A stretch of DNA of 64,000 nt. Origin: an uncultured Candidatus Saccharibacteria bacterium (GTDB taxonomy: Bacteria; Patescibacteriota; Minisyncoccia; Phycocordibacterales; UBA1006). Positions 1-7,469 of the stretch are shown one piece after another. The DNA lies in NCBI GenBank assembly GCA_964620145.1, contig CAZUGR010000001.1:73-64072 (forward strand). The letters run 5' to 3'. Numbering within the stretch: the first letter of the stretch is position 1; the number at the start of each line of letters is the position of its first letter. A program made the position numbers and the translations under genes. The notes under the pieces are model-generated. The model did not search any database. It was given only the letters and a program-made list of their open reading frames with translations, and was not told the DNA's origin.

Positions 1-1338
1 GAAAATAATTGCTATTTTTTTAAATCGTAATGATTCTGTTTCATTTTTTTCTCGTAAACCATACTGCTCAACAAGTTTTTTTAGTTTTCTTGTATTATCT
101 TTCAATTCTTCAAAAAAACTCATATTATTATGTAATGTTTTTAACGATAACTGCTCTCCAATTTTTGGATAAATCCCAAAGGTTCCAAATATATCAATCA
201 AGATCTCTTGCTCCTCTTCTTTTAATTCGTTAATATCGCGAACAATTTTTATAGCAAATTCTGCTTTTTTCCAAAAAGTTTTTTGTTTTGTTTCAATAAT
301 TTGAATATATCCTCGAACAGCAAGATCTATAAGTTGAGCTGTAAATACTGAATTGGGTGAATCGATAATACTTGCTGAAATTCTTATACTTGCATTTTTT
401 GGTGGTATATACTCTGGAATAATAGTAGTAATTTCATTTTTACGATTTTTTAACACCTCAAAACGCCTATTAATAAATAACAAACCAAAAAAACCAATAG
501 TAGATGTAAAAATAAGTGATATAAAATACCAAGGAAACATTTTTTCAAACCAAGTTTCCTGATATGGAATAAAACTATCTGGCTCAAACCCAATTACAAA
601 AGTAAGATTTTCGTTTTGTAATAAATTTGTAGTACTCGCAATAAATCCTGTATCAGTTTGCAAAATTTCACATTGATCAGTTGAAGTATTTACTCCTCGA
701 TAGCATGACATGTGTCCTGTAAATCGAGAACGAAGACCATCATTCATATGCACTCGAGCAGTTAGATTCATTATTGGAACTCGCCATTGTGTCCCATTTG
801 TATTCCTATACAACTCATAACGATTCACATCAGCAAAATAGTGCGTAACATCTCGTAATATATAGGTAAAAGTATAGGTTTGTGACCCAAGCACATATTC
901 ATCTGTCCCTGTTTCAATTACATGAAAACCATTTTCTTCATATTGACGATAAATTGGTTCTGGTTGATTATTTCTTTTAAGTGAAAGTAATTCAAACGAA
1001 AGTGGGTGCCCCTGATAATATTTCGGTATTTCCCGCGATAAACCTTTATTCTGTTGAAAATTTGGGAAATCAACGGTAATATTTTCAACTACTCGCAAAA
1101 TAGATCGCCCTTCCGTATCTTTATCAAGGTAATAATCAAAATCAAACTGACTAATAGTAAAATTATTTAAACTTGTGGATTGCGTGTTTATTACTTGATT
1201 ATTTGAAGAATTTTCATTGGAAAAAATAAGATTTTTTAAGTCTACAAGATGAACTACAAACAATAAAACTGTTATCGAGTAAATGAGAATTTTAATTATT
1301 CCGTCTAATACTTTATTTTCAAAATTTGTTTTACTCAT
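1..1338 (-). CDS. DUF2207-like membrane protein; C-terminus runs off the left edge of the window
   Basis: ATG at 1338 (MSKTNFENKVLDGIIKILIYSITVLLFVV...). Stays open in frame to base 1 (446 codons), so it is absent from the ORF track. N-terminal TM, beta-rich ectodomain, then a TM cluster antisense to the listed 353..562 ORF. Confidence 0.55.
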   Translation of the reverse strand, partial: MSKTNFENKVLDGIIKILIYSITVLLFVVHLVDLKNLIFSNENSSNNQVINTQSTSLNNFTISQFDFDYYLDKDTEGRSILRVVENITVDFPNFQQNKGLSREIPKYYQGHPLSFELLSLKRNNQPEPIYRQYEENGFHVIETGTDEYVLGSQTYTFTYILRDVTHYFADVNRYELYRNTNGTQWRVPIMNLTARVHMNDGLRSRFTGHMSCYRGVNTSTDQCEILQTDTGFIASTTNLLQNENLTFVIGFEPDSFIPYQETWFEKMFPWYFISLIFTSTIGFFGLLFINRRFEVLKNRKNEITTIIPEYIPPKNASIRISASIIDSPNSVFTAQLIDLAVRGYIQIIETKQKTFWKKAEFAIKIVRDINELKEEEQEILIDIFGTFGIYPKIGEQLSLKTLHNNMSFFEELKDNTRKLKKLVEQYGLREKNETESLRFKKIAIIF

Positions 1339-1370
1339 ATAGTTTTTAGTATATCAGGTTTACAAGAAAC

Positions 1371-1397
1371 AAAAAACACAGTAAATCTGTGTTTTTT
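1371..1397. terminator. Intrinsic-terminator-like hairpin between tRNA-Lys and the DUF2207-like gene
   Basis: AAAAAACACAG-taaat-CTGTGTTTTTT; an A-tract and a T-tract flank the stem. Confidence 0.5.
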
Positions 1398-1410
1398 GTT
1401 TTGTTTATTG

Positions 1411-1483
1411 TGCGTCCGGTAGGAATCGAACCTACGACCCTCTGCTTAAAAGGCAGGTGCTCTACCGACTGAGCTACGAACGC
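1411..1483 (-). tRNA. tRNA-Lys (anticodon UUU)
   Basis: Reverse complement GCGTTCGTAGCTCAGTCGGTAGAGCACCTGCCTTTTAAGCAGAGGGTCGTAGGTTCGATTCCTACCGGACGCA folds as a cloverleaf: 7-bp acceptor stem, GTTCGATTC T-loop, anticodon loop CTTTTAA. No encoded CCA. Confidence 0.9.
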
Positions 1484-1508
1484 GAACTCTCCACATTATA
1501 CACATTTT

Positions 1509-2036
1509 ATGTATAATGACAAGAGTATGACAGAAAAAACTCCAAAAAACAAGAAAAAAAAACTTGAATGCACAATATTATTACACGATATTCGCAGCAT
1601 TATTAATGTTGGGGCAATTTTTCGAACTGCAGACGCTATTGGAGCTACGCAAATAATTCTTTCAGGAATTACTCCGACACCAATTGACCGTTTTGGACGA
1701 AAAAGAGAGGATTTTATTAAATCCGCATTAGGTGCCGAAGAGGTCATTCCTTGGAAATATCAAGAAAAGCCACTTCCAGTAATTAATTCTTATAAAAAAC
1801 AAGGATACAAAATTATTTGTATTGAACAAGGTACTCAATCAATTGATTATAAGCAATTAAAAGTTGGAGTAAATGATAAAATCCTCCTCATTCCTGGGAA
1901 CGAAGTTGATGGAGTACCGAAAAATATCCTGAAAAAGGCTGATCACATCCTTGAAATTCCAATGAATGGAATAAAAGAATCATTAAATGTTTCTGTTGCA
2001 ACCGGAATTATTTTATATCGACTGCTTGATCAATAA
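1509..2036 (+). CDS. SpoU/TrmH-family RNA 2'-O-methyltransferase
   Basis: 175 aa. Motifs NVGAIFRTADAIG, LIPGNEVDGV, IPMNG...SLNVSVATGIILY are typical of SPOUT methylases. The real start may be the ATG at 1527. Confidence 0.8.
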   Translation: MYNDKSMTEKTPKNKKKKLECTILLHDIRSIINVGAIFRTADAIGATQIILSGITPTPIDRFGRKREDFIKSALGAEEVIPWKYQEKPLPVINSYKKQGYKIICIEQGTQSIDYKQLKVGVNDKILLIPGNEVDGVPKNILKKADHILEIPMNGIKESLNVSVATGIILYRLLDQ

Positions 2037-2061
2037 AAAATAGATGATTTTTGCATGAAAA

Positions 2062-2078
2062 AGTTATCCACAGTTTTG
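2062..2078 (+). promoter_or_regulatory. Perfect DnaA box TTATCCACA (2064-2072) inside the extended word AGTTATCCACAGTTTTG
   Basis: Exact consensus 9-mer. The same extended word recurs at 40154 and 63918. Confidence 0.6.
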
Positions 2079-2091
2079 TTCTCTGTACTAC

Positions 2092-2120
2092 TTGCATAGT
2101 GCGGAGAATTTTTTTATAAT
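2092..2120 (+). promoter_or_regulatory. Sigma70-type promoter TTGCAT-17-TATAAT
   Basis: TTGCAT at 2092-2097, 17-nt spacer, TATAAT at 2115-2120, about 280 nt upstream of the CYTH gene ATG. Confidence 0.55.
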
Positions 2121-2402
2121 GATAGGGAAGGTTTGAAATTGGAATATAACTTTATCACAGGTTGTGATTTTATATATCATATTCCTCCTCAATCGTTCTT
2201 TAAAATGTTCTTTATAAATTTGTTCTCAACAAAATTTTTATATGATATGTTAAACATATCAACTCCTCACAACTTAATATCTGTTCTGTATCATAATTAT
2301 ATACAGAACTCACAATATACAGTGTCCTCATCTTTTACAAGATTGGGCACTTTTTTATTGGTTTTATTTTTAAATAAATATTTTAATGATATAATAATCA
2401 CT

Positions 2403-2882
2403 ATGAATATAAATAATCAAGAAATTGAACGGAAATTCCTTGTAACAAATCAAACTTGGAAGGAAAACGTTATTGGAATAGAGTATTATCAAGGATATTT
2501 TATCAGCGATGAACGAGTTTCTGTCCGTGTACGAATAGAAGGAGTAGTTGCAAAACTTACCATTAAGGGAAAATCTGCTCCAAATAGTATTTCTCGTCCT
2601 GAATTTGAATACGAGATTCCTGTTTCTGACGCAGAATTCCTCCTTGAAAAACTTTGTTTACCGGGAAAAGTTCGAAAAATTCGCTATAAAAAACAAATTG
2701 AAAATCATATTTGGGAAATTGATGAATTTTTAGAAGAAAATAAAGGACTTATTATTGCAGAAATAGAACTTTCTACTGAAGATGAGGTATTTGAAAAACC
2801 AGAATGGATTGGCGAAGAAGTTTCTTATGATAAAAAATATACAAATGGTTCACTTTCTAGAAATCCATATAAAAACTGGTAG
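2403..2882 (+). CDS. CYTH-domain protein (CyaB/ThTPase-like triphosphate tunnel enzyme)
   Basis: MNINNQEIERKFLV... carries the diagnostic EIERKF start of CYTH domains. Later strands: VRVRIEG, LTIKG, WEIDEF, IAEIEL. The 90 codons upstream in the listed 2133 ORF (TTG start) look like non-coding AT-rich sequence. Confidence 0.75.
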   Translation: MNINNQEIERKFLVTNQTWKENVIGIEYYQGYFISDERVSVRVRIEGVVAKLTIKGKSAPNSISRPEFEYEIPVSDAEFLLEKLCLPGKVRKIRYKKQIENHIWEIDEFLEENKGLIIAEIELSTEDEVFEKPEWIGEEVSYDKKYTNGSLSRNPYKNW

Positions 2883-2893
2883 TTTAAAAGACC

Positions 2894-3517
2894 TCACACG
2901 AGGTCTTTTTTCGTAATTGATAGTAATAATTTTTCTAAACCTACTGAAAGTTCTCCGTTTTTTTCTCGTGCACGAGAATATGTTTCCATGAAATTTTTTA
3001 AAGTTTGTTTGAAATCTGGAGATAATACCTTTTTTTGTTTTGCGATATCTTTCAATTTCCACCAAAGAATTCCGAAAATTGCTTCTGGTTCATTATTTTC
3101 TTGTAATAACTGTTGATATATAGACCATAACTGTTCTCCGTTTCCATTTGGGAGACTTGAAGCGATTACAAAAGGATTTGTTTTTAAAGTTTTTTCGATT
3201 TCTTTTTCTTCAGAAATTTGATACGGTGGCATTTGTTTTAAAAAAGAAACAGGAAAAGAGTCTTCGAGCCAAAAAACTACTGTTCGCTCTCCGAGAGAAT
3301 GAAAGTTTTTGATAAGAATATCCCAAAAATCTCGAGGAATGTCAGACAAGAAAATAAGTTGTGGTTTCCCGAACAAGCTTTGCCCTTGGAGAGAAAAAAT
3401 TACTTCTGAAATATCATTAATTGTTTCATGAAAACGAACAATTTCATATTGAGAGTATTCATTGGTTATTTTTTCAAGAATAGTATTTCTAGAAGTTTTT
3501 TTAAAAAGAAAAATCAT
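2894..3517 (-). CDS. Possible DNA polymerase III delta subunit (HolA-like, short form)
   Basis: 207 aa from the ATG at 3517. SLFGKPQLIFLSD and EAIFGILWWKLKDI resemble HolA N- and C-domain motifs. Weak recognition only. Confidence 0.4.
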   Translation of the reverse strand: MIFLFKKTSRNTILEKITNEYSQYEIVRFHETINDISEVIFSLQGQSLFGKPQLIFLSDIPRDFWDILIKNFHSLGERTVVFWLEDSFPVSFLKQMPPYQISEEKEIEKTLKTNPFVIASSLPNGNGEQLWSIYQQLLQENNEPEAIFGILWWKLKDIAKQKKVLSPDFKQTLKNFMETYSRAREKNGELSVGLEKLLLSITKKDLV

Positions 3518-3539
3518 AATTATAAACAAGTGCAATTTA

Positions 3540-4016
3540 TTACCACCACATACGAACCATCTGCATATATTCACGATATGCATCGCCACAGTATTCTATT
3601 TTTTTCTTTTCTATTATTGGAATTATTATAAAACTAAGAATAAAGAAAAATATAATCGCAGTAAACAACACAGCGTACGAATTTAAAAAACAAGCAAATC
3701 CAAGAAACAACAATATAAAACCAAAAGCTCCAGGGTAACGACTTTTTTTGTAAATACCTACCGCAAAGTCATAACAAGTTAAGTTTTCAGAAAAATCAAA
3801 TAATGTATTCCGAGTTTTTTCTGAAAAGAAAATAAGTAAACTTCCTGCTATAAATAAAATAATTCCTATAGTAACAATGACTTCTATTCGATATGAAATA
3901 CGTACTGGATATAATCGAAAGAAAATAAGTGATAATCCCATTACCAACAAAAAAAGCATTGGAATATAAGTTGATAGTTTAAAAAATTTGAATTTTGTAA
4001 TATTATTATGTTTCAT
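3540..4016 (-). CDS. Polytopic membrane protein, ICMT/PEMT-like methyltransferase family
   Basis: 158 aa, 4-5 TM segments. C-terminal SRYPGAFGFILLFLG ... IEKKKIEYCGDAYREY resembles the isoprenylcysteine/phospholipid methyltransferase signature. Confidence 0.5.
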   Translation of the reverse strand: MKHNNITKFKFFKLSTYIPMLFLLVMGLSLIFFRLYPVRISYRIEVIVTIGIILFIAGSLLIFFSEKTRNTLFDFSENLTCYDFAVGIYKKSRYPGAFGFILLFLGFACFLNSYAVLFTAIIFFFILSFIIIPIIEKKKIEYCGDAYREYMQMVRMWW

Positions 4017-4085
4017 ACCTTTAAAAAGTATGACATAGTCAGTGTAAAATGCAAGAATAAAAAAACAACCAATGTTGATTGTTTT

Positions 4086-6551
4086 TTATTCTACATTTTC
4101 CATCTCTCCTAAATTTTTCCCTTTTTTAACCGATACAGTAATAGGAATATCAATATTTTTAACTGTAGAACTATCAATCATTGATTCATAGTTTATAATT
4201 ACAGATTCCATTGAGTTTTTTAAAACTTGTATAAATTCATCAACCTTTTTCTCGGAAACCTCGTAAACAATTTCATCATGAATTTGTAAAATTGGAAAAA
4301 TATCTTGATTCCAACCTTTTTCTTGTAAAATACGATCAATATCAACCATTGCAAGCTTGATAATATCTGCTGCGGTTCCTTGAATAGGAGCATTAGTAGC
4401 AGTTCGTTCCGCTAACGCAATCATGAAAGGTAATTTTGACCGAAACATTGGAAAATTTCTAATTCTTCCAAAAATTGTTTTTGTTTGTAGAGTTTCTTTT
4501 GCTATTTTCTTGATATGATCAAGATATTCTCGAATACTTGGAAATTCTTCAAAATATGCTTGATAGAATTGCTCTGCTTCTGCACGAGTTCCTCCCAAGT
4601 TTTTTTGTAATGAACTAATTCCCATTCCATAAATAATTCCAAAATTAATTACTTTTGCATCACGTCGCTGGTTTCCACTAACTTCATTTTCTGGAACATT
4701 GAAAACTCGAGATGCAACCGTTGTGTGAATATCTTTATTGTTTTTAAAAACATCATACAGAATTGGGTCACCTGATAACATTGCCAATACTCTCAATTCA
4801 ATTTGTGAATAATCAGCAGAAACTAGAACATATTCATCTGCTGCAACGAAAGAATTTCTAATTACTCTCCCTAATTCACTTCGAACAGGAATATTTTGTA
4901 AATTAGGATTCTGAGAAGAAAATCTTCCTGTAGTTGTTCCATGTTGTAAAAATTGAGCATGGAGACGATTCTGATCATCAACAAGTGTTGGTAATATATC
5001 AATATATGTAGAAAGTAGCTTCTGTAATTCTCGATGATCAATAATTTTTTGTACCACATCATGCTCAGAAACAAGATCGTCGAGTATTTCTGCTTTGGTA
5101 GAATATGATCCAGTTTTATTTTTCTTGCCTTTTGGTTTTAAACCAATTTCTTCAAAGAGAAATTCTGAAAGTTGTTTTGGAGAATTAAGATTAAATTCCT
5201 TTTTTGCATATTTAAAAATTTCTATTGATAAATCTTTTAGTTTTTGGTGATATTTTTTTGATAATTCTTGTAGAAAATTATTATCAAGCATAACTCCTCG
5301 TTCAGTCATTTTTTGAACAATACCAATAAGTGGTAATTCAATTTTCTCAAAAACTTGGATGAGATTTTCTTTTTTTAATTTATCAATAATTACAGCGTGC
5401 GCTTGCTCTATTGTATCTGTCTCTGTTTCTTGCATAATTTCCGACGGAGATGGATGAGTCATATCAGAATTTAAAACCCATAAACCAACTGATGCTTCAT
5501 AAGTTATTTTCCAGTTATTAGATTCTCCTTGTGATATTTTATTTGCGTGTATATCAGAAGTTTCTGATATTTCTGTAGAAATATTTTTTTTGTCTTGTTT
5601 TTTTTGAGAACTATCTCCAAATAAATTTTCAAATTTTCCAACAAGTGACCGAAATTCATATTCCCTTAACAATCGAATCATTTTTTCTTTATCATATTGT
5701 TTTGAAAATTCTTGATCAGGTAATAAAAATTCAATAGGTGCATCTCTTCGAATAGTTGCTAGTATTTTTGAAAATTGAGCAGAGTCTTCATTTTGTAATA
5801 ATAATTCTATAGTTCTTTTCTTGATTCCTAGTTTAATAAGATTTTCTTGATCTTGATGAAGTTTTGTATATATATCTTCAATAGTACCAATTTTTGTAAT
5901 TAATTCTGTAGCTGTTTTTTCACCAATACCTGATACTCCAATAATATTATCTGAAGGATCGCCTCGTAAACCTTTGAAATCAGGAATAAGTTCTGGACCA
6001 AAAGAAAAACGATTATATACATCTTGTTCTTTATAAACCATTGTTTCATGAATTCCTTTTTTCATTGTGTATACAGAAACACGATCTGTAGTTACGAGTT
6101 GTAACGTATCCATATCACCAGAAACAATAACTATATTTATATGATCAAATTGTGCGAGAATTTGCTCTGTAATTGTACCTAACATATCATCAGCCTCGAA
6201 TCCTGCTTCTTGGTACATTGGAATTCCAAGTGTATAAAAAATATTTCTTGATTCTTCTATTTGAGCCTTTAATGAATCATCGGTTGATTTTCTACCTTTT
6301 TTATAACCATCATAACTTTCATGACGAAATGTTGGTTCAGGTAAGTCATAACAAGCGATAACATAATCAGGTTTTAAATCGCTTAACATTTTTAAAAACA
6401 TATTCAATAATCCATATAATGCTCCTGTAGGAACTCCTAATGAAGATTGAAAATCAGGAACTGCATGGAAAGCTCTGTGGATAATAGCGTGCGTATCTAG
6501 TAAAACTAAAGTTTTTTGTGTTTTTTCTTTTTGTGAGGATTTTTGTTTCAT
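4086..6551 (-). CDS. polA: DNA polymerase I
   Basis: 821 aa. N-terminal 5'-3' exonuclease domain. Polymerase motif A LVSADYSQIELRVLA, motif B RRDAKVINFGIIYG, motif C LQIHDEIVYE. Confidence 0.95.
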   Translation of the reverse strand: MKQKSSQKEKTQKTLVLLDTHAIIHRAFHAVPDFQSSLGVPTGALYGLLNMFLKMLSDLKPDYVIACYDLPEPTFRHESYDGYKKGRKSTDDSLKAQIEESRNIFYTLGIPMYQEAGFEADDMLGTITEQILAQFDHINIVIVSGDMDTLQLVTTDRVSVYTMKKGIHETMVYKEQDVYNRFSFGPELIPDFKGLRGDPSDNIIGVSGIGEKTATELITKIGTIEDIYTKLHQDQENLIKLGIKKRTIELLLQNEDSAQFSKILATIRRDAPIEFLLPDQEFSKQYDKEKMIRLLREYEFRSLVGKFENLFGDSSQKKQDKKNISTEISETSDIHANKISQGESNNWKITYEASVGLWVLNSDMTHPSPSEIMQETETDTIEQAHAVIIDKLKKENLIQVFEKIELPLIGIVQKMTERGVMLDNNFLQELSKKYHQKLKDLSIEIFKYAKKEFNLNSPKQLSEFLFEEIGLKPKGKKNKTGSYSTKAEILDDLVSEHDVVQKIIDHRELQKLLSTYIDILPTLVDDQNRLHAQFLQHGTTTGRFSSQNPNLQNIPVRSELGRVIRNSFVAADEYVLVSADYSQIELRVLAMLSGDPILYDVFKNNKDIHTTVASRVFNVPENEVSGNQRRDAKVINFGIIYGMGISSLQKNLGGTRAEAEQFYQAYFEEFPSIREYLDHIKKIAKETLQTKTIFGRIRNFPMFRSKLPFMIALAERTATNAPIQGTAADIIKLAMVDIDRILQEKGWNQDIFPILQIHDEIVYEVSEKKVDEFIQVLKNSMESVIINYESMIDSSTVKNIDIPITVSVKKGKNLGEMENVE

Positions 6552-6611
6552 ATTACATTGATTATATCATGATTACTTGAAATGAAAGAAAATTTGCTAT
6601 ACTAGATTTAT

Positions 6612-7097
6612 ATGAGAATAATTGCTATAGATCCAGGATATGATCGAATTGGTGTTGCTGTACTAGAAAAAGATATTTCAAAAAAACCACAAGAAACTGT
6701 TCTATTTTCAACCTGTATTACTACTAATAAAAAACAAACATTTTATGAGCGAATGAATTTCGTCCATAATGAAATTATGAAGATAATTTCTGATTTTCAA
6801 CCAGAAAACCTTATTATTGAAGAATTATTCTTTTCAAAAAATACAAAAACTGCACTCCAAGTCGCTGAAGCAAAAGGAATTATTACAAGTGCTGCAATAA
6901 TAAACAATATTCCTATTATAGAAGTTCACCCTAATCATGTAAAACTTGCAATCACAGGATACGGTAATGCAACAAAAGCTGACATTTTATTCATGCTCCC
7001 GAAATTAATTTCTCTCAAAAACACAAAAAAACTTGACGATGAGCTTGATGCCATTGCAATTGGTATTACTTTTTTTGCTCAAATGAAATTTTTATAA
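6612..7097 (+). CDS. ruvC: Holliday junction resolvase RuvC
   Basis: 161 aa. MRIIAIDPGYDRIGVAVLE, LIIEELFF and DDELDAIAIG match the RuvC catalytic acidic residues. Confidence 0.85.
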   Translation: MRIIAIDPGYDRIGVAVLEKDISKKPQETVLFSTCITTNKKQTFYERMNFVHNEIMKIISDFQPENLIIEELFFSKNTKTALQVAEAKGIITSAAIINNIPIIEVHPNHVKLAITGYGNATKADILFMLPKLISLKNTKKLDDELDAIAIGITFFAQMKFL

Positions 7098-7211
7098 AAA
7101 TATGTTGCATTTTTTTTTATTTCTTGATACAACTATGCATAACCCATCGTCAGTGGTTCCTGCGATCGGGATATTTTATTAGTTATTTTTTGAAATAAAA
7201 ATTATTACTTT

Positions 7212-7433
7212 ATGAGTAATGGAGAATATTACGACGAGGAATTACAAGACGAATCTATGACTGGTTTTCATGAAGTAGAAGAAGATGAAGATCTTTTTGA
7301 AGATGATGATGGTCAAGATTTTTTAAAGAAAAATTCATTAGATTTGGAAGAGGAGGATTTTGGTTCTCTTCTTGATGAAGATGATGAGCTTGATCTTTCT
7401 GGAGATTCTGATTTTGAGTCAACAGATTATTAA
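7212..7433 (+). CDS. Small, extremely acidic hypothetical protein
   Basis: 73 aa, roughly half Asp/Glu (EVEEDEDLFEDDDGQDF...LLDEDDELDLSGDSDFESTDY). Own terminator downstream. Confidence 0.45.
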   Translation: MSNGEYYDEELQDESMTGFHEVEEDEDLFEDDDGQDFLKKNSLDLEEEDFGSLLDEDDELDLSGDSDFESTDY

Positions 7434-7435
7434 AA

Positions 7436-7466
7436 TAAAAAACAACCTATTTCAGGTTGTTTTTTA
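7436..7466. terminator. Bidirectional intrinsic terminator between the acidic ORF and the PBP gene
   Basis: AAAAAACAACCT-atttc-AGGTTGTTTTTT. Confidence 0.65.
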
Positions 7467-7469
7467 TTT

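Noticed and set aside
2133-2402. N-terminal 90-codon extension of the CYTH ORF as listed in the track (TTG start)
   Set aside because: The translation is Phe/Ile/Asn/Tyr-rich junk typical of AT-rich non-coding DNA. CYTH domains begin at the EIERKF motif, which directly follows the ATG at 2403. A strong promoter ends at 2120.
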